Positions 9,029-17,475 of a stretch of DNA of 64,000 bases are shown here, one piece after another. Each line of letters opens with the position of its first letter. The first letter of the stretch is position 1. Under the pieces are notes generated by a model that saw only the letters and a list, made by a program, of their open reading frames with translations, made no database searches and was not told the origin of the DNA. The position numbers and the translations under genes were made by a program. Source of the stretch: a virus (Duplodnaviria; Caudoviricetes); IMG/VR virus record IMGVR_UViG_3300043753_000023, positions 26,497 through 90,496 of that record, one strand, 5' to 3'.

Positions 9029-9781
9029 ATGGCAGCTCAGAGCGACAAGGAGCGACTGAACCGTCAGATCGCCGACCGCATCCGCGCCCAGATCGAGGAC
9101 GGCACGCTGGCGCCAGGCGCCGAGGCGCCCGGCGAGAACGACATCATGCGGGATTACGACGTTTCCCGAACGACGGCCCGCCTCGCGCTTGGCATCCTGA
9201 AGTCCGAAGGTCTCCTTGAGGCAAGGCAGGGAACGAAGACCCGCGTCAGGGCCTTCACGCCCATTCGGCGTAACGCAACGAAGCGCCTAGCCCAGGAGGT
9301 ATGGGGCTCTGGGCGGGCCATCTGGGACATCGACGTCCCGGATCGGAGCCACGCGGTCGACGTCGTGGTTGACGAAGTCGACGGCCCCGCCCGCATCCTT
9401 CGCGCCTTCGGGGCAGCCGAAGGGACCCGCTTCTGCCGACGCAGCCGTCGCTTCGTCATAGACGACAAGCCCATCATGTTGGCCGTCTCACACCTCCTGG
9501 CGGACATGGTGCGCGGCAGTGCAATCATCCAGGTCAATACCGGTGAAGGTGGCAGCTATGCCCGCCTTGCCGATCTCGGGCACCCTCCCAAGCAGTTCCG
9601 CGAAGAGATCCGCGTTCGGATGCCCAGCCCCGACGAGAAGTCCCAACTGGCACTGAGTGCTGGCACACCCGTGATCTGCATTGCCCGCACCGCGGCAACC
9701 ACCGACGGCGCCGTAGTCGAGGTGAACGAGATGATCCTGGACTCGTCGAGCTACCTGCTCGAATACGACTTTTCGGCCTGA
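9029..9781 (+). CDS. GntR-family repressor, HutC/UTRA subfamily (KorSA/KorA-like role)
   Basis: QIADRIRAQI...PGENDIMRDYDVSRTTARLAL wHTH plus C-terminal UTRA-like domain. Confidence 0.93.
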   Translation: MAAQSDKERLNRQIADRIRAQIEDGTLAPGAEAPGENDIMRDYDVSRTTARLALGILKSEGLLEARQGTKTRVRAFTPIRRNATKRLAQEVWGSGRAIWDIDVPDRSHAVDVVVDEVDGPARILRAFGAAEGTRFCRRSRRFVIDDKPIMLAVSHLLADMVRGSAIIQVNTGEGGSYARLADLGHPPKQFREEIRVRMPSPDEKSQLALSAGTPVICIARTAATTDGAVVEVNEMILDSSSYLLEYDFSA

Positions 9782-9937
9782 CCCCTCCACCACGAGGCCG
9801 CCCCTGCATCGCCTAGCTGGCAGGACCAGCCGAGCCCTCCCCCAGTCGGGCGGTCTTCCGGACATTTACGCCCGTCGGCGCTGGCCCGGCGGGTAACTTG
9901 GCGTCAGCATCCACACCCGCAAGGAACGGACCCGCCC

Positions 9938-10207
9938 ATGACTGCCCAGCCGATCGAATACAGCTCGCGACCCCCGACGACGATCCGCGAGTTCCGCGGC
10001 ACCCTCGCCGGCGAGGACCTCGTCAGTTTCAATACCGAACTGGAAGACGTGAAGCTCGGCGAGGTCTCCGGCTACCTCAAGGGCTGGGCGCAGATCCTGC
10101 ACCTGCGCACCGTCCCCGAGATCGGCGAGGCGCTGCGCACTGCCGGCTCTCGGCCGCGCACTCCGATCGAGGAGATCTTCCCCGAGTGGGGGACCGTCAG
10201 TGTCTGA
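9938..10207 (+). CDS. DUF6247-like putative antitoxin
   Basis: MTAQPI...PTTIREFRGTL...FNTEL pattern; overlaps the next gene. Confidence 0.55.
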   Translation: MTAQPIEYSSRPPTTIREFRGTLAGEDLVSFNTELEDVKLGEVSGYLKGWAQILHLRTVPEIGEALRTAGSRPRTPIEEIFPEWGTVSV

Positions 10208-10463
10208 CCGCCTGCCCCTGTCCCTTGAGGACGCGGCCCGTGTTGCGGCGATCGTGATGAGTGCCGAGCAGCGCGCCAAGCTGCTCTACACCCTCCGCTG
10301 CATTGAGCGGGATCCCGAGCTCGGCAAGCCCTACACCGTTGGGAGCGATGTGTCGGGCCGGATCGTTGTTGTCCCCGGCGATGAGGCGGTCCCGGGCATG
10401 AACATCGGCTACCGGGTCCTGCCCGGCGAGATCATCGTCGTTCACATCATCGCCGGCCCGTAG
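10200..10463 (+). CDS. Putative RelE/ParE-fold toxin
   Basis: 87 aa, IERDPELGK...IGYRVLPGEIIVVHI, two-gene overlap. Confidence 0.5.
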   Translation: MSDRLPLSLEDAARVAAIVMSAEQRAKLLYTLRCIERDPELGKPYTVGSDVSGRIVVVPGDEAVPGMNIGYRVLPGEIIVVHIIAGP

Positions 10464-10515
10464 AAGCTGCGAGCCTCGCGCCGGCCCGTCGGACTCGTTG
10501 GCTACGATCGTCCAC

Positions 10516-10827
10516 ATGTCCGACTTCGATCTGCCCGCCGACCTGATCCAGCTGCAGCAAGACCTCGATGCCGCCCGCAAGGCCACGGATGACTTCGTCG
10601 CCTCTGTGGAAGCCGAACTCGCTGCCCTCCCCGCGGTCAGCAGCGACGATGGCACGGGGACCGTCCGGCCGGCTTGGTCCGACGAGCAGAACGCCGAGTT
10701 GAATCGGCTTCGCGCTGCGTACATGGCCGCCGCGAAGGCCAAGTGGGAGCACCCCGCGCTGACTCGGGGAAGCAAGTTCGAAGATGCGCTCAGGGCGGTC
10801 GCCCGAGCCAAGCCTGCCGCAGTCTGA
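10516..10827 (+). CDS. Hypothetical helical protein
   Basis: MSDFDLPADLIQLQ N-terminus typical of streptomycete prophage small proteins. Confidence 0.7.
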   Translation: MSDFDLPADLIQLQQDLDAARKATDDFVASVEAELAALPAVSSDDGTGTVRPAWSDEQNAELNRLRAAYMAAAKAKWEHPALTRGSKFEDALRAVARAKPAAV

Positions 10828-10842
10828 CCCCAGACACACCGA

Positions 10843-10871
10843 AGGGCGCCCACCGTTGCGGTGGGCGCCCT
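10843..10871. terminator. Bidirectional hairpin terminator
   Basis: 13-bp perfect stem AGGGCGCCCACCG/CGGTGGGCGCCCT between convergent genes. Confidence 0.8.
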
Positions 10872-10904
10872 CGTCATTCCATGGCCATTACTGGCCCACG
10901 GCAT

Positions 10905-11411
10905 CTAACGCGGCTGGTCACCACGCAGCCAGAAGTTTCTGCCGTGGCCTTCCAGTAGGCCCCCATGTTCACTCAGCTTCCAAAATACGGACCTGATCGT
11001 TTGGGGCGACGTTCCGTACCTTTCGGCGAGGACGGTTGCGGCTGGGAGCGTGCGTCCACGGGGAAACTCGCCCCGCAGGATTGCCGCCCGCAAATCAGCT
11101 TCTATCTGCGGTTTGCGCGGGTCGACGTACTGACTCCCGTCCTCCCGGTAGCGCGATCCTTGGTTTCCGATGTGGGAGCCATCGAACCGTGGCATCTCGT
11201 CTACGAGTGCCTTGTCCTCGGCTGCCGTTGCAGTGGCCCTATCTGGGAACCACTCGTGGGTCTTGTTGGCGACCAGGTGCCACCAGCCTTGGTAGAGGCG
11301 GTGCGTGGCCCAGCGCTTCTCAAGGTCGTGCGTGATGCCGACGTACAACAGGCGTTCTTCCGCGTCGAAGAACCGGTAGAGGGCTGTAGGCCGGTCGGCG
11401 AGGTTGCCCAT
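10905..11411 (-). CDS. GIY-YIG-like nuclease domain fused to a C-terminal GntR wHTH
   Basis: ALYRFFD...LLYVGIT...RWATH, then IEADLRAAILRGEF...LAERYGTS. Confidence 0.8.
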   Translation of the reverse strand: MGNLADRPTALYRFFDAEERLLYVGITHDLEKRWATHRLYQGWWHLVANKTHEWFPDRATATAAEDKALVDEMPRFDGSHIGNQGSRYREDGSQYVDPRKPQIEADLRAAILRGEFPRGRTLPAATVLAERYGTSPQTIRSVFWKLSEHGGLLEGHGRNFWLRGDQPR

Positions 11412-11449
11412 CGTTCGGATGCCTCCTGGGCTGTGCTCACTCAGCGAGC

Positions 11450-11504
11450 TTGACTTCTACGTAGAAGCAGAGTCTACTAGAGAGCAGAGCTTCTACGGAG
11501 AAGC
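11450..11504 (+). promoter_or_regulatory. Rightward early promoter with two CTTCTACG(T/G)AGAAG operators
   Basis: TTGACT at 11450 overlapping CTTCTACGTAGAAG 11454-11467; GCTTCTACGGAGAAGC 11489-11504. Confidence 0.8.
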
Positions 11505-11539
11505 TTGCTCCGTCCGAACTCCACCTCAGGAACCCACAG

Positions 11540-11773
11540 ATGACTGACACTCTGACTCTGCCACCCCCGACCGATGACCTTCTGCGCGTCTCCGAGGTGG
11601 CAGGCATCCTGCGACTCCACGTCTCATCCGTCTACCGTCTGGTCGACTCCGGGCGCCTCGACGCTCACGCGCTCGGCGACGGGAAGGTCCGCCGCCGCGG
11701 CATTCGCATCTGGCGTTCCTCCGTCGACGCACTGCTGCAGGAGTCCCGCCTGGGACACGAGGCGGCAGCCTGA
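11540..11773 (+). CDS. Excisionase-family (HTH_17) DNA-binding protein
   Basis: LLRVSEVAGILRLHVSSVYRLVDSGRL. Confidence 0.85.
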   Translation: MTDTLTLPPPTDDLLRVSEVAGILRLHVSSVYRLVDSGRLDAHALGDGKVRRRGIRIWRSSVDALLQESRLGHEAAA

Positions 11774-11964
11774 TGTCCGCTCAGGACCCCACCCCCGCCG
11801 AGGCCAGCACCGACCCCCTCACCTCCGCGCAGCGCCACTTGGACGTCCTGGTCAACCTGTTCGTCAACGACGGCTCCCTCACTGGCTCGGAGCGCTCCCT
11901 CCTCGTCGGAGACATCAAGGACGCGAAGGCCCACCTCGACGAGTTGAAGAGGGGCCTGCGGTGA
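11773..11964 (+). CDS. Small hypothetical protein
   Basis: TGATG coupling. Confidence 0.65.
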   Translation: MSAQDPTPAEASTDPLTSAQRHLDVLVNLFVNDGSLTGSERSLLVGDIKDAKAHLDELKRGLR

Positions 11965-12143
11965 GCCGCCCCGACATTTCGGCCAGCTGGTCCGACGAGG
12001 ACTGGGCGGACGCCCGCGAGGATCTCGCCCCGTCGTCGGGCAGCGAACCGCCCGTCGGCCAGTACCCGGCCGCCCCGCCCGAGCACTGGACGTGGGCCGA
12101 CCCCGACGGCCGGCCCGCAGCCTGGGGGGCGTTCGGTGAGTAG
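11961..12143 (+). CDS. Small hypothetical protein
   Basis: GTGA coupling. Confidence 0.55.
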   Translation: MSRPDISASWSDEDWADAREDLAPSSGSEPPVGQYPAAPPEHWTWADPDGRPAAWGAFGE

Positions 12144-12258
12144 CGAGAAGACCGTCCCCGTGCACCTGGACTGGCTGGAGACGGGATACCCGAACTGGCC
12201 CGCCCCCGAGCCGCAGTCCGAACCGTCCGAGAACGAGACCAGCGAGGAGGAGAAGTGA
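12136..12258 (+). CDS. Small acidic hypothetical protein
   Basis: Own translation MSSEKTVPVHLDW...; ends GAGGAGAAGTGA, which supplies the RBS of the next gene. Confidence 0.5.
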   Translation: MSSEKTVPVHLDWLETGYPNWPAPEPQSEPSENETSEEEK

Positions 12259-12431
12259 GCAGCGCCAGCGACTTGGCCAGCCAGTACATCAAGGCGAAGA
12301 AGGCCGGCGACGACGCGACCGTCGACGCGATCATCGACGACGCGATCAACCGGCTCGGCTCCCGTGACATCACGCCCGGGGAGTACAACGCCCTGCTCGT
12401 GGCCGCCATTGCCTTCGAGGACTCGGAGTGA
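12255..12431 (+). CDS. Small hypothetical protein
   Basis: Own translation MSSASDLASQYIKAK...; GTGA coupling at both ends. Confidence 0.6.
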   Translation: MSSASDLASQYIKAKKAGDDATVDAIIDDAINRLGSRDITPGEYNALLVAAIAFEDSE

Positions 12432-12748
12432 GTACCGCGTGGCCCGAGGGCGTGATCGCCCGCTACCTGACCGTCGGCGGTGCCAACGTCGACATCACCG
12501 TTCAGATCAACCACGACAACATCGCCGACGAAGACGGCCTGAGCCTGGTCGACATCAGCCATCTGGCCACGTGCACCGGCTGTGGCTCGATGGCCAAGGC
12601 ATACAGCGACCGCGGCATCGACGACACCGAGCAGGCCCGTCGCACCGCGATCGACCTGACGTCCCCCAAGGGGCTGGAGATCAAGGAGTGGGCCCAGTCC
12701 CACGCCGAGGAGTGCCGGGCGATGCCCCGGCCCGAGGGGGCGAAGTGA
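12428..12748 (+). CDS. Hypothetical streptomycete phage protein with CxxC
   Basis: WPEGVIARYLTVGGA...CTGCG...WAQSHAEECRAMPRP. Confidence 0.8.
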   Translation: MSTAWPEGVIARYLTVGGANVDITVQINHDNIADEDGLSLVDISHLATCTGCGSMAKAYSDRGIDDTEQARRTAIDLTSPKGLEIKEWAQSHAEECRAMPRPEGAK

Positions 12749-12891
12749 GCGTCTGCCAGGCCTGTGGCCACCCGACCAGCCCGCAGGATCCGCCCGCCCA
12801 TGTCGACGGCTTCGTGATCCACGGGAGCCACCTGTCCGACCCGCGGAGTGGCTTCCATGGACGCACCCCCGACATCGAGGAGGAGAAGTGA
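12745..12891 (+). CDS. Small Cys/His hypothetical protein
   Basis: GTGA coupling; CQACGH. Confidence 0.55.
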   Translation: MSVCQACGHPTSPQDPPAHVDGFVIHGSHLSDPRSGFHGRTPDIEEEK

Positions 12892-12992
12892 CCGAGACCA
12901 CGGTCGATGACCTGCCGGACGACGACACCGACTACCAGGTGGAGATCATGGCGCGGGACATCCTGCACCGCCTCCCCGCGCCGGCCAAGTGA
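12888..12992 (+). CDS. Small hypothetical protein
   Basis: GAGGAG RBS; coupling. Confidence 0.5.
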   Translation: MTETTVDDLPDDDTDYQVEIMARDILHRLPAPAK

Positions 12993-13156
12993 CCGCCTAC
13001 CACGAGCGGCTGGACGAGGCGCGAGTCCTCTGCTCGACCGTCAATCTCCCGCCGCCGGCCACCCCCGCGGACCCGTCCGTCCCGCTCGCCGCCGACCGAA
13101 TCCTGAAGACCCTCGGCTACCACCCCGACAACGCCCGCCCCTGGTGGGACGACTAG
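12989..13156 (+). CDS. Small hypothetical protein
   Basis: GTGA coupling. Confidence 0.45.
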   Translation: MTAYHERLDEARVLCSTVNLPPPATPADPSVPLAADRILKTLGYHPDNARPWWDD

Positions 13157-13392
13157 TGACCGTCGTCCACGACGGCGAGGAGTACTTCTACCTCAGCCGC
13201 GGCGAACAGCCCGTCACCCACACGGCCGCCATCGTCGGCCGCTTCCACTGCGCCGGCTGCGGCACCACCCAGCAGGGCGCCGAGATGACCGACCTCACGA
13301 ACCTCGAATACGCCCGGGACTACGTCCAGACCCGGGCCATGTACGCAGCCCTGCACCACGCCAAAACCTGCAACCGAAGGGAATCCCCATGA
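13156..13392 (+). CDS. Hypothetical protein with CxxC
   Basis: TAGTG coupling; CAGCG. Confidence 0.6.
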   Translation: MTVVHDGEEYFYLSRGEQPVTHTAAIVGRFHCAGCGTTQQGAEMTDLTNLEYARDYVQTRAMYAALHHAKTCNRRESP

Positions 13393-13604
13393 CCATCTGG
13401 CGCGAAGGCTACGAAGCCGTCCTCGTCGACCCCTCCACCACCGTGATCGTGAACGGCGTCACCGCCGGCACCGTCACCGGCACCACCCAGCAGGACGGGT
13501 ACTACGACGTGCACATTGAGGACGCGGACGGCGTCCGTGCCACGTACCGCAACCTGGAGCTCCGCCGCACCGGCCACAAGTGGAGCGGCATCTGCCATAA
13601 CTGA
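13389..13604 (+). CDS. Hypothetical beta-rich protein
   Basis: GAAGG RBS; ATGA coupling. Confidence 0.7.
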   Translation: MTIWREGYEAVLVDPSTTVIVNGVTAGTVTGTTQQDGYYDVHIEDADGVRATYRNLELRRTGHKWSGICHN

Positions 13605-13705
13605 CTTCGCCCCGGGGCGGCCGCCAGGTCGCCAAACTCATCGGCTGCCCCCGGGCTACATCCGACTAGCAAACCAGGCCAACCCGCCCCACCCAGGAGC
13701 CCCCC

Positions 13706-15067
13706 GTGAACGAGCCCGACCTGTCCGCCGGCTGGCAGCCCATCGGCGACGTCATCGCCGACTCGCGGGCCGCCAGCCAGCGGCCCGAATCGGCCACGGA
13801 CACGCGGATCCAGCGCCTCCAAGTCAAGGCAGCCGAGAAGCGCACCGACCGGCACGACGCCGTCAAGACCTGGGCCGAGAAGCGCCAGGTCCGGCGCGAC
13901 GACCGTGCCGCCGACCGTGCCGAGCGCCGTCAGGAGAAGGACGAGCGCCGCGCCGATCGGGCTGCCACCCTCGCCCGCACTGGAGCCCGCGCACAGGACG
14001 TCCTGCAGCGGATCATCGTCGTCGGGCCAATCCTTGCCCCGATGGCCGTTGCCTGGACCGGGCAGTCCCGGTTCGCCACACAGATCCTCGGCTGGACGTT
14101 CATCGCGAGCATCCTGTACGCGGCCGCCTACGAGCTCACCACCGTCTACAACGCGTGGCTCTACCACCAGGCCCGCACCGACGGAGACAGCGGCTGGGAG
14201 TACCGGCTCGGCACCTGGATCTTCGCCATCGGCGCTGCGGTCCAACAGTGGTGGCACTACTCAAACCACTGGCACTCGACACCGCGGTCCGTCACCTACT
14301 CGATCATGTCGATCGTCGGCGTGCTCCTATGGGAGGGCCGGGCCCGTCTCATTCACCGCCGCAAGCTCCGCGCCGACGGCAAGCTCGCGCCGGCCCGCCC
14401 CCGGATCGGACTGGCCCGCTGGATCCGCTACCCGGTCCGGTCATGGACCGCCTGGTCCCTCATCACCCTCGAAGGCCACCGGACCCTCGATGCGGCGTGG
14501 ACCGCCGCCGACGCGCACTTGCGGTCCGAGAGGGACATCCAGGCGGTCCGGGCCTCGGCTCGGCGGTCCGCTCGGGAAGCCCAGCGGACCGAGCGGCTGG
14601 ACCGGAAGATGGGCCGGACCGGACCGGAGCAACTGACTGTTCCGGCCCGCACGGACCGCCCCGCGCTCACCGCCGGACCGGACCGGTCCGCCACGGACCA
14701 GGCGCAGGCGGCTGACCGGACCGATGCACCGGACCGCTCCCCTGGAACCGCCAGTGGACCGAACGCCGTGGACCGGTCCACGGCGGCCCGACAGGCGCTG
14801 ACCAGCCCGGACCACGGACCGAACGCAGAAAACCAGGCGGACCGCGACAAGCCCTCCCCGGCCAACAGCGGCCCGGACCGGACCGAAGTGGACTTCGCCC
14901 TCAACGATGTTGAGCGGGAAGCCATCGAGCTCCTGCGGTCCACCAAGCGGTCCATCAGCAAGCGCAACATCGCCGACGCGGTCCGCAACGACTTGGGCCG
15001 GTCCATCGGATCGGACCGGGCCGCCGAGATTGCCCGCCACTTCCGGACCCTGCGGCCCGCCGCCTAA
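13706..15067 (+). CDS. DUF2637-like membrane protein with low-complexity linker and C-terminal HTH-like domain
   Basis: CAGGAG RBS; charged N-terminus, about four hydrophobic segments, GPDRT-rich linker, C-terminal helical domain EREAIELLRS...RAAEIAR. Confidence 0.75.
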   Translation: MNEPDLSAGWQPIGDVIADSRAASQRPESATDTRIQRLQVKAAEKRTDRHDAVKTWAEKRQVRRDDRAADRAERRQEKDERRADRAATLARTGARAQDVLQRIIVVGPILAPMAVAWTGQSRFATQILGWTFIASILYAAAYELTTVYNAWLYHQARTDGDSGWEYRLGTWIFAIGAAVQQWWHYSNHWHSTPRSVTYSIMSIVGVLLWEGRARLIHRRKLRADGKLAPARPRIGLARWIRYPVRSWTAWSLITLEGHRTLDAAWTAADAHLRSERDIQAVRASARRSAREAQRTERLDRKMGRTGPEQLTVPARTDRPALTAGPDRSATDQAQAADRTDAPDRSPGTASGPNAVDRSTAARQALTSPDHGPNAENQADRDKPSPANSGPDRTEVDFALNDVEREAIELLRSTKRSISKRNIADAVRNDLGRSIGSDRAAEIARHFRTLRPAA

Positions 15068-15152
15068 CGGTCCACCACTCCGGTCCGACATCAACTGGAC
15101 CGGTCCTCTCCCGCCCACAGAGCAATGCCCCCGGTCCGGTCCGGTCCGGTCC
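14433..15152. repeat. Dense GGWCC (GGACC/GGTCC) array, ending in tandem (CCGGT)n
   Basis: About 40 sites counted by eye in about 720 bp, both orientations, all three codon phases, continuing past the stop codon. Confidence 0.9.
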
Positions 15153-15210
15153 AGTCCGCCCCAGGGCCCCGCCAAATATCAGGCCCCCTCGCCCCGATTG
15201 GAGACGCACG

Positions 15211-15306
15211 ATGAGCGACTGGATCGCCCTGGCCCTCGCGCAAGCAGCCGTCGCGACCGCCGCAGGCCTCATCGTCCTGTGGCTTCGCAAGAAGGAGACA
15301 CGGTGA
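15211..15306 (+). CDS. Small single-TM peptide
   Basis: GGAG RBS; MSDWIALALAQAAVATAAGLIVLWLRKKETR. Confidence 0.55.
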   Translation: MSDWIALALAQAAVATAAGLIVLWLRKKETR

Positions 15307-16022
15307 CCACCAACACCCAAGCCCCGCCCCCGCCGAACTACCCGCCCACCGCCGGAACCACCTGGTGGGGCCCCGCCTCCGGGGTCGTGTTGACACCTGA
15401 GCAGATCGCCGCTGCCGAGGCCGCCCAGCAGCGCCTCGCCGCCACCCTCACGGCCTCCATGGACCTCCTGAACCGCGCTATCACCGAAACCCCCGAGGAG
15501 CGCAAGCAGCGCCTGCACGATGAGCAGCAGGCCGCCGACAAGGCTCGCCGGGAAGCCGACGACGCCATCCGCGCCAGCCTGGGGGAGACCCCCGAGCAGC
15601 GCGCCGAACGCCACCATGCCGAGGACCGCGCCCGCCGGGAACGCGAACGAATCGAAGACCGCGAGAAGCGGCACAAGACCCAGCGCGCTGCGACGCGACT
15701 GTGGAAGGCCAGCCCCGACCAGCGCGCCCGCCGCTTCCGCCGCTGGTGCACCCTCACCGCCCTCTCTGCCTCCATCGGCTACTCGATCGGCATCGTCCAG
15801 TGGGTCGGCGGCCTTCCCGCCCTGGTTGCCGGGTTTGCACTGATCCCCACGTACGCCTTCGACCTGTACACGCGCAATTGTTCACGCCTCTCCGCCCTAG
15901 ACGGTTGGCTCCCCGTTACCGCCGTGATCTTCACCCGCGTACCCGTCGCCTCCGTGCTCGCCTCACTGCTCCACCTCAACCAGCTGCTCGCCGCCAGCGG
16001 CCACCTTTTCCATCACCACTGA
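15303..16022 (+). CDS. Coiled-coil plus membrane protein
   Basis: AAGGAG RBS; charged helix followed by 3 hydrophobic segments. Confidence 0.75.
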   Translation: MTTNTQAPPPPNYPPTAGTTWWGPASGVVLTPEQIAAAEAAQQRLAATLTASMDLLNRAITETPEERKQRLHDEQQAADKARREADDAIRASLGETPEQRAERHHAEDRARRERERIEDREKRHKTQRAATRLWKASPDQRARRFRRWCTLTALSASIGYSIGIVQWVGGLPALVAGFALIPTYAFDLYTRNCSRLSALDGWLPVTAVIFTRVPVASVLASLLHLNQLLAASGHLFHHH

Positions 16023-16039
16023 TCAAGGAGTGCAACACC

Positions 16040-16462
16040 ATGTCTGAGCAGTTCGGCGCGTTCGGGTCCGGCGGGGTATGCCTGGTCATCGCGGTGTGGG
16101 TGATCGTCGGCCATCGGGGCAAGGGCAAGCTTGCCAAGATGCACGAAGATCACCACACCGCATGGTGGATGATCCTCTTCGGGAGCTTCGCCGCCAGTGC
16201 CGGCCAGGCATTCAGCGCGCCGGGCAAGGTGGGGGAGGCGTTCACCCACGTCTTCACCTCCCAGTCCACCGCGTTCGGCGAGGTCGGCGTTGGCGCCGCC
16301 GCAGTGATCCTGACGATCGTCCTGTTCGGTACCAAGCCACGCCCGCTCCTGGACAGCATCCTCGGGGCCACCGTGCCAAGCGTGTACGCCGCCGCTGGCG
16401 GCCTGTGGGCCCTCCCGCTGACCGTGGTGGACTCGGTAGTTAAGTCCCTGGTGGGTGCCTGA
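16040..16462 (+). CDS. Multi-pass membrane protein
   Basis: AAGGAG RBS; 4-5 hydrophobic segments. Confidence 0.8.
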   Translation: MSEQFGAFGSGGVCLVIAVWVIVGHRGKGKLAKMHEDHHTAWWMILFGSFAASAGQAFSAPGKVGEAFTHVFTSQSTAFGEVGVGAAAVILTIVLFGTKPRPLLDSILGATVPSVYAAAGGLWALPLTVVDSVVKSLVGA

Positions 16463-17475
16463 TGGCCAGCCAGTTCGCCGTCGCCCGCGCCGAACACTCC
16501 GAGGCCCTGGCTGCATGGAGGGCCCGCTATGCCAAGGCCCGCGACATTAAGGACCCCCAGCAGCGCGCCGCGGCCCTCGAAGCCCTCATGGGGGAGCGGC
16601 CTGCCCACCCCTACCTCGCAGGCATCTCCCTAGCCGCCCTCTTCCACGGCCACCGAGTCCTCCTGGCCCCCCTTAAGGGCTGGCGTAACGACGCCAAGGC
16701 CCAGCACGCCGAGGCCCTGGAAGCATGGCGGGAGCGCCGCGCTGAAGCCCAGAAAATCAAGGACGCGGACCAGCGCGCCAAGGCCCTGGAAGCACTCAAG
16801 GGGGAGAAGCCCACCAGCCCGATGCTGACCGCCATCGGATGCGTCGTCGTAGGGGCCATCGTCGTGGCCCCGATCGCCCATCGGCACGTAGGCACACTGG
16901 GCACGCTCCTGACCTGGGGGCTCCCCCTGTGGGTGATCGTTGCCCTGATCGCCGGTCAGAAGGCCGGCGCGCCTAAGACCGCCGACGCCCTCGACCAGGA
17001 GGACGACGACCAGGCCGGGGAGGATCAGGCCGACCAGGACCCCTGCGAGGAGCTCGAACCGGCCGGCCCGACCCCTGCCGTGGTGCACGCCCTGATGGCC
17101 TCCGCGGCGGCCGCTGGGGCCAACATTCTCCTCACCCGGCTGGCCACCGAACTGGCCGCCTCCCACCCCGACTGGGAACCCTCCACCAAGGCCGTCCGTG
17201 CCCTCCTCTCCGAGGCCGGCATCCCGGTCCGGGCGGGGGTGCGCACCCCAGACGGCAACGGGCCTGGCATCCACCACCAGGACGTGCCGCCGCTTCACTC
17301 CCCCTCCGTCCCCGCCCCTGTTCCCGCCGTTGTTGCCAACGTTGGCGCAGGTCAGAGCGCCAACGCCAACGCCAACAACGCCGAGATCCGGGGTGCTGGG
17401 GAGGGGTGCATCTACGTGGCCGACCCCGACAATCCGGCCCGCACGATCATCATCCAGACCAACGCCGCCGCGTGA
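16462..17475 (+). CDS. Membrane protein with internal duplication and probable C-terminal DNA-binding region
   Basis: TGATG coupling; two about 45-aa repeats, 2 TM segments, LLTRLATEL...VRALLSEAGIPVRAGVR. Confidence 0.75.
   Translation: MASQFAVARAEHSEALAAWRARYAKARDIKDPQQRAAALEALMGERPAHPYLAGISLAALFHGHRVLLAPLKGWRNDAKAQHAEALEAWRERRAEAQKIKDADQRAKALEALKGEKPTSPMLTAIGCVVVGAIVVAPIAHRHVGTLGTLLTWGLPLWVIVALIAGQKAGAPKTADALDQEDDDQAGEDQADQDPCEELEPAGPTPAVVHALMASAAAAGANILLTRLATELAASHPDWEPSTKAVRALLSEAGIPVRAGVRTPDGNGPGIHHQDVPPLHSPSVPAPVPAVVANVGAGQSANANANNAEIRGAGEGCIYVADPDNPARTIIIQTNAAA

Noticed and set aside
11540-11773. Excisionase partner of the serine integrase at 54504
   Set aside because: HTH_17 proteins usually serve tyrosine integrases or act as Cro-like regulators; its position behind the GntR operators fits a regulatory role and no link to the serine integrase is visible
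14433-15152. CRISPR array or simple microsatellite
   Set aside because: Repeats are 5-7 bp, irregularly spaced, with no 25-40 bp repeat/spacer structure and no cas genes
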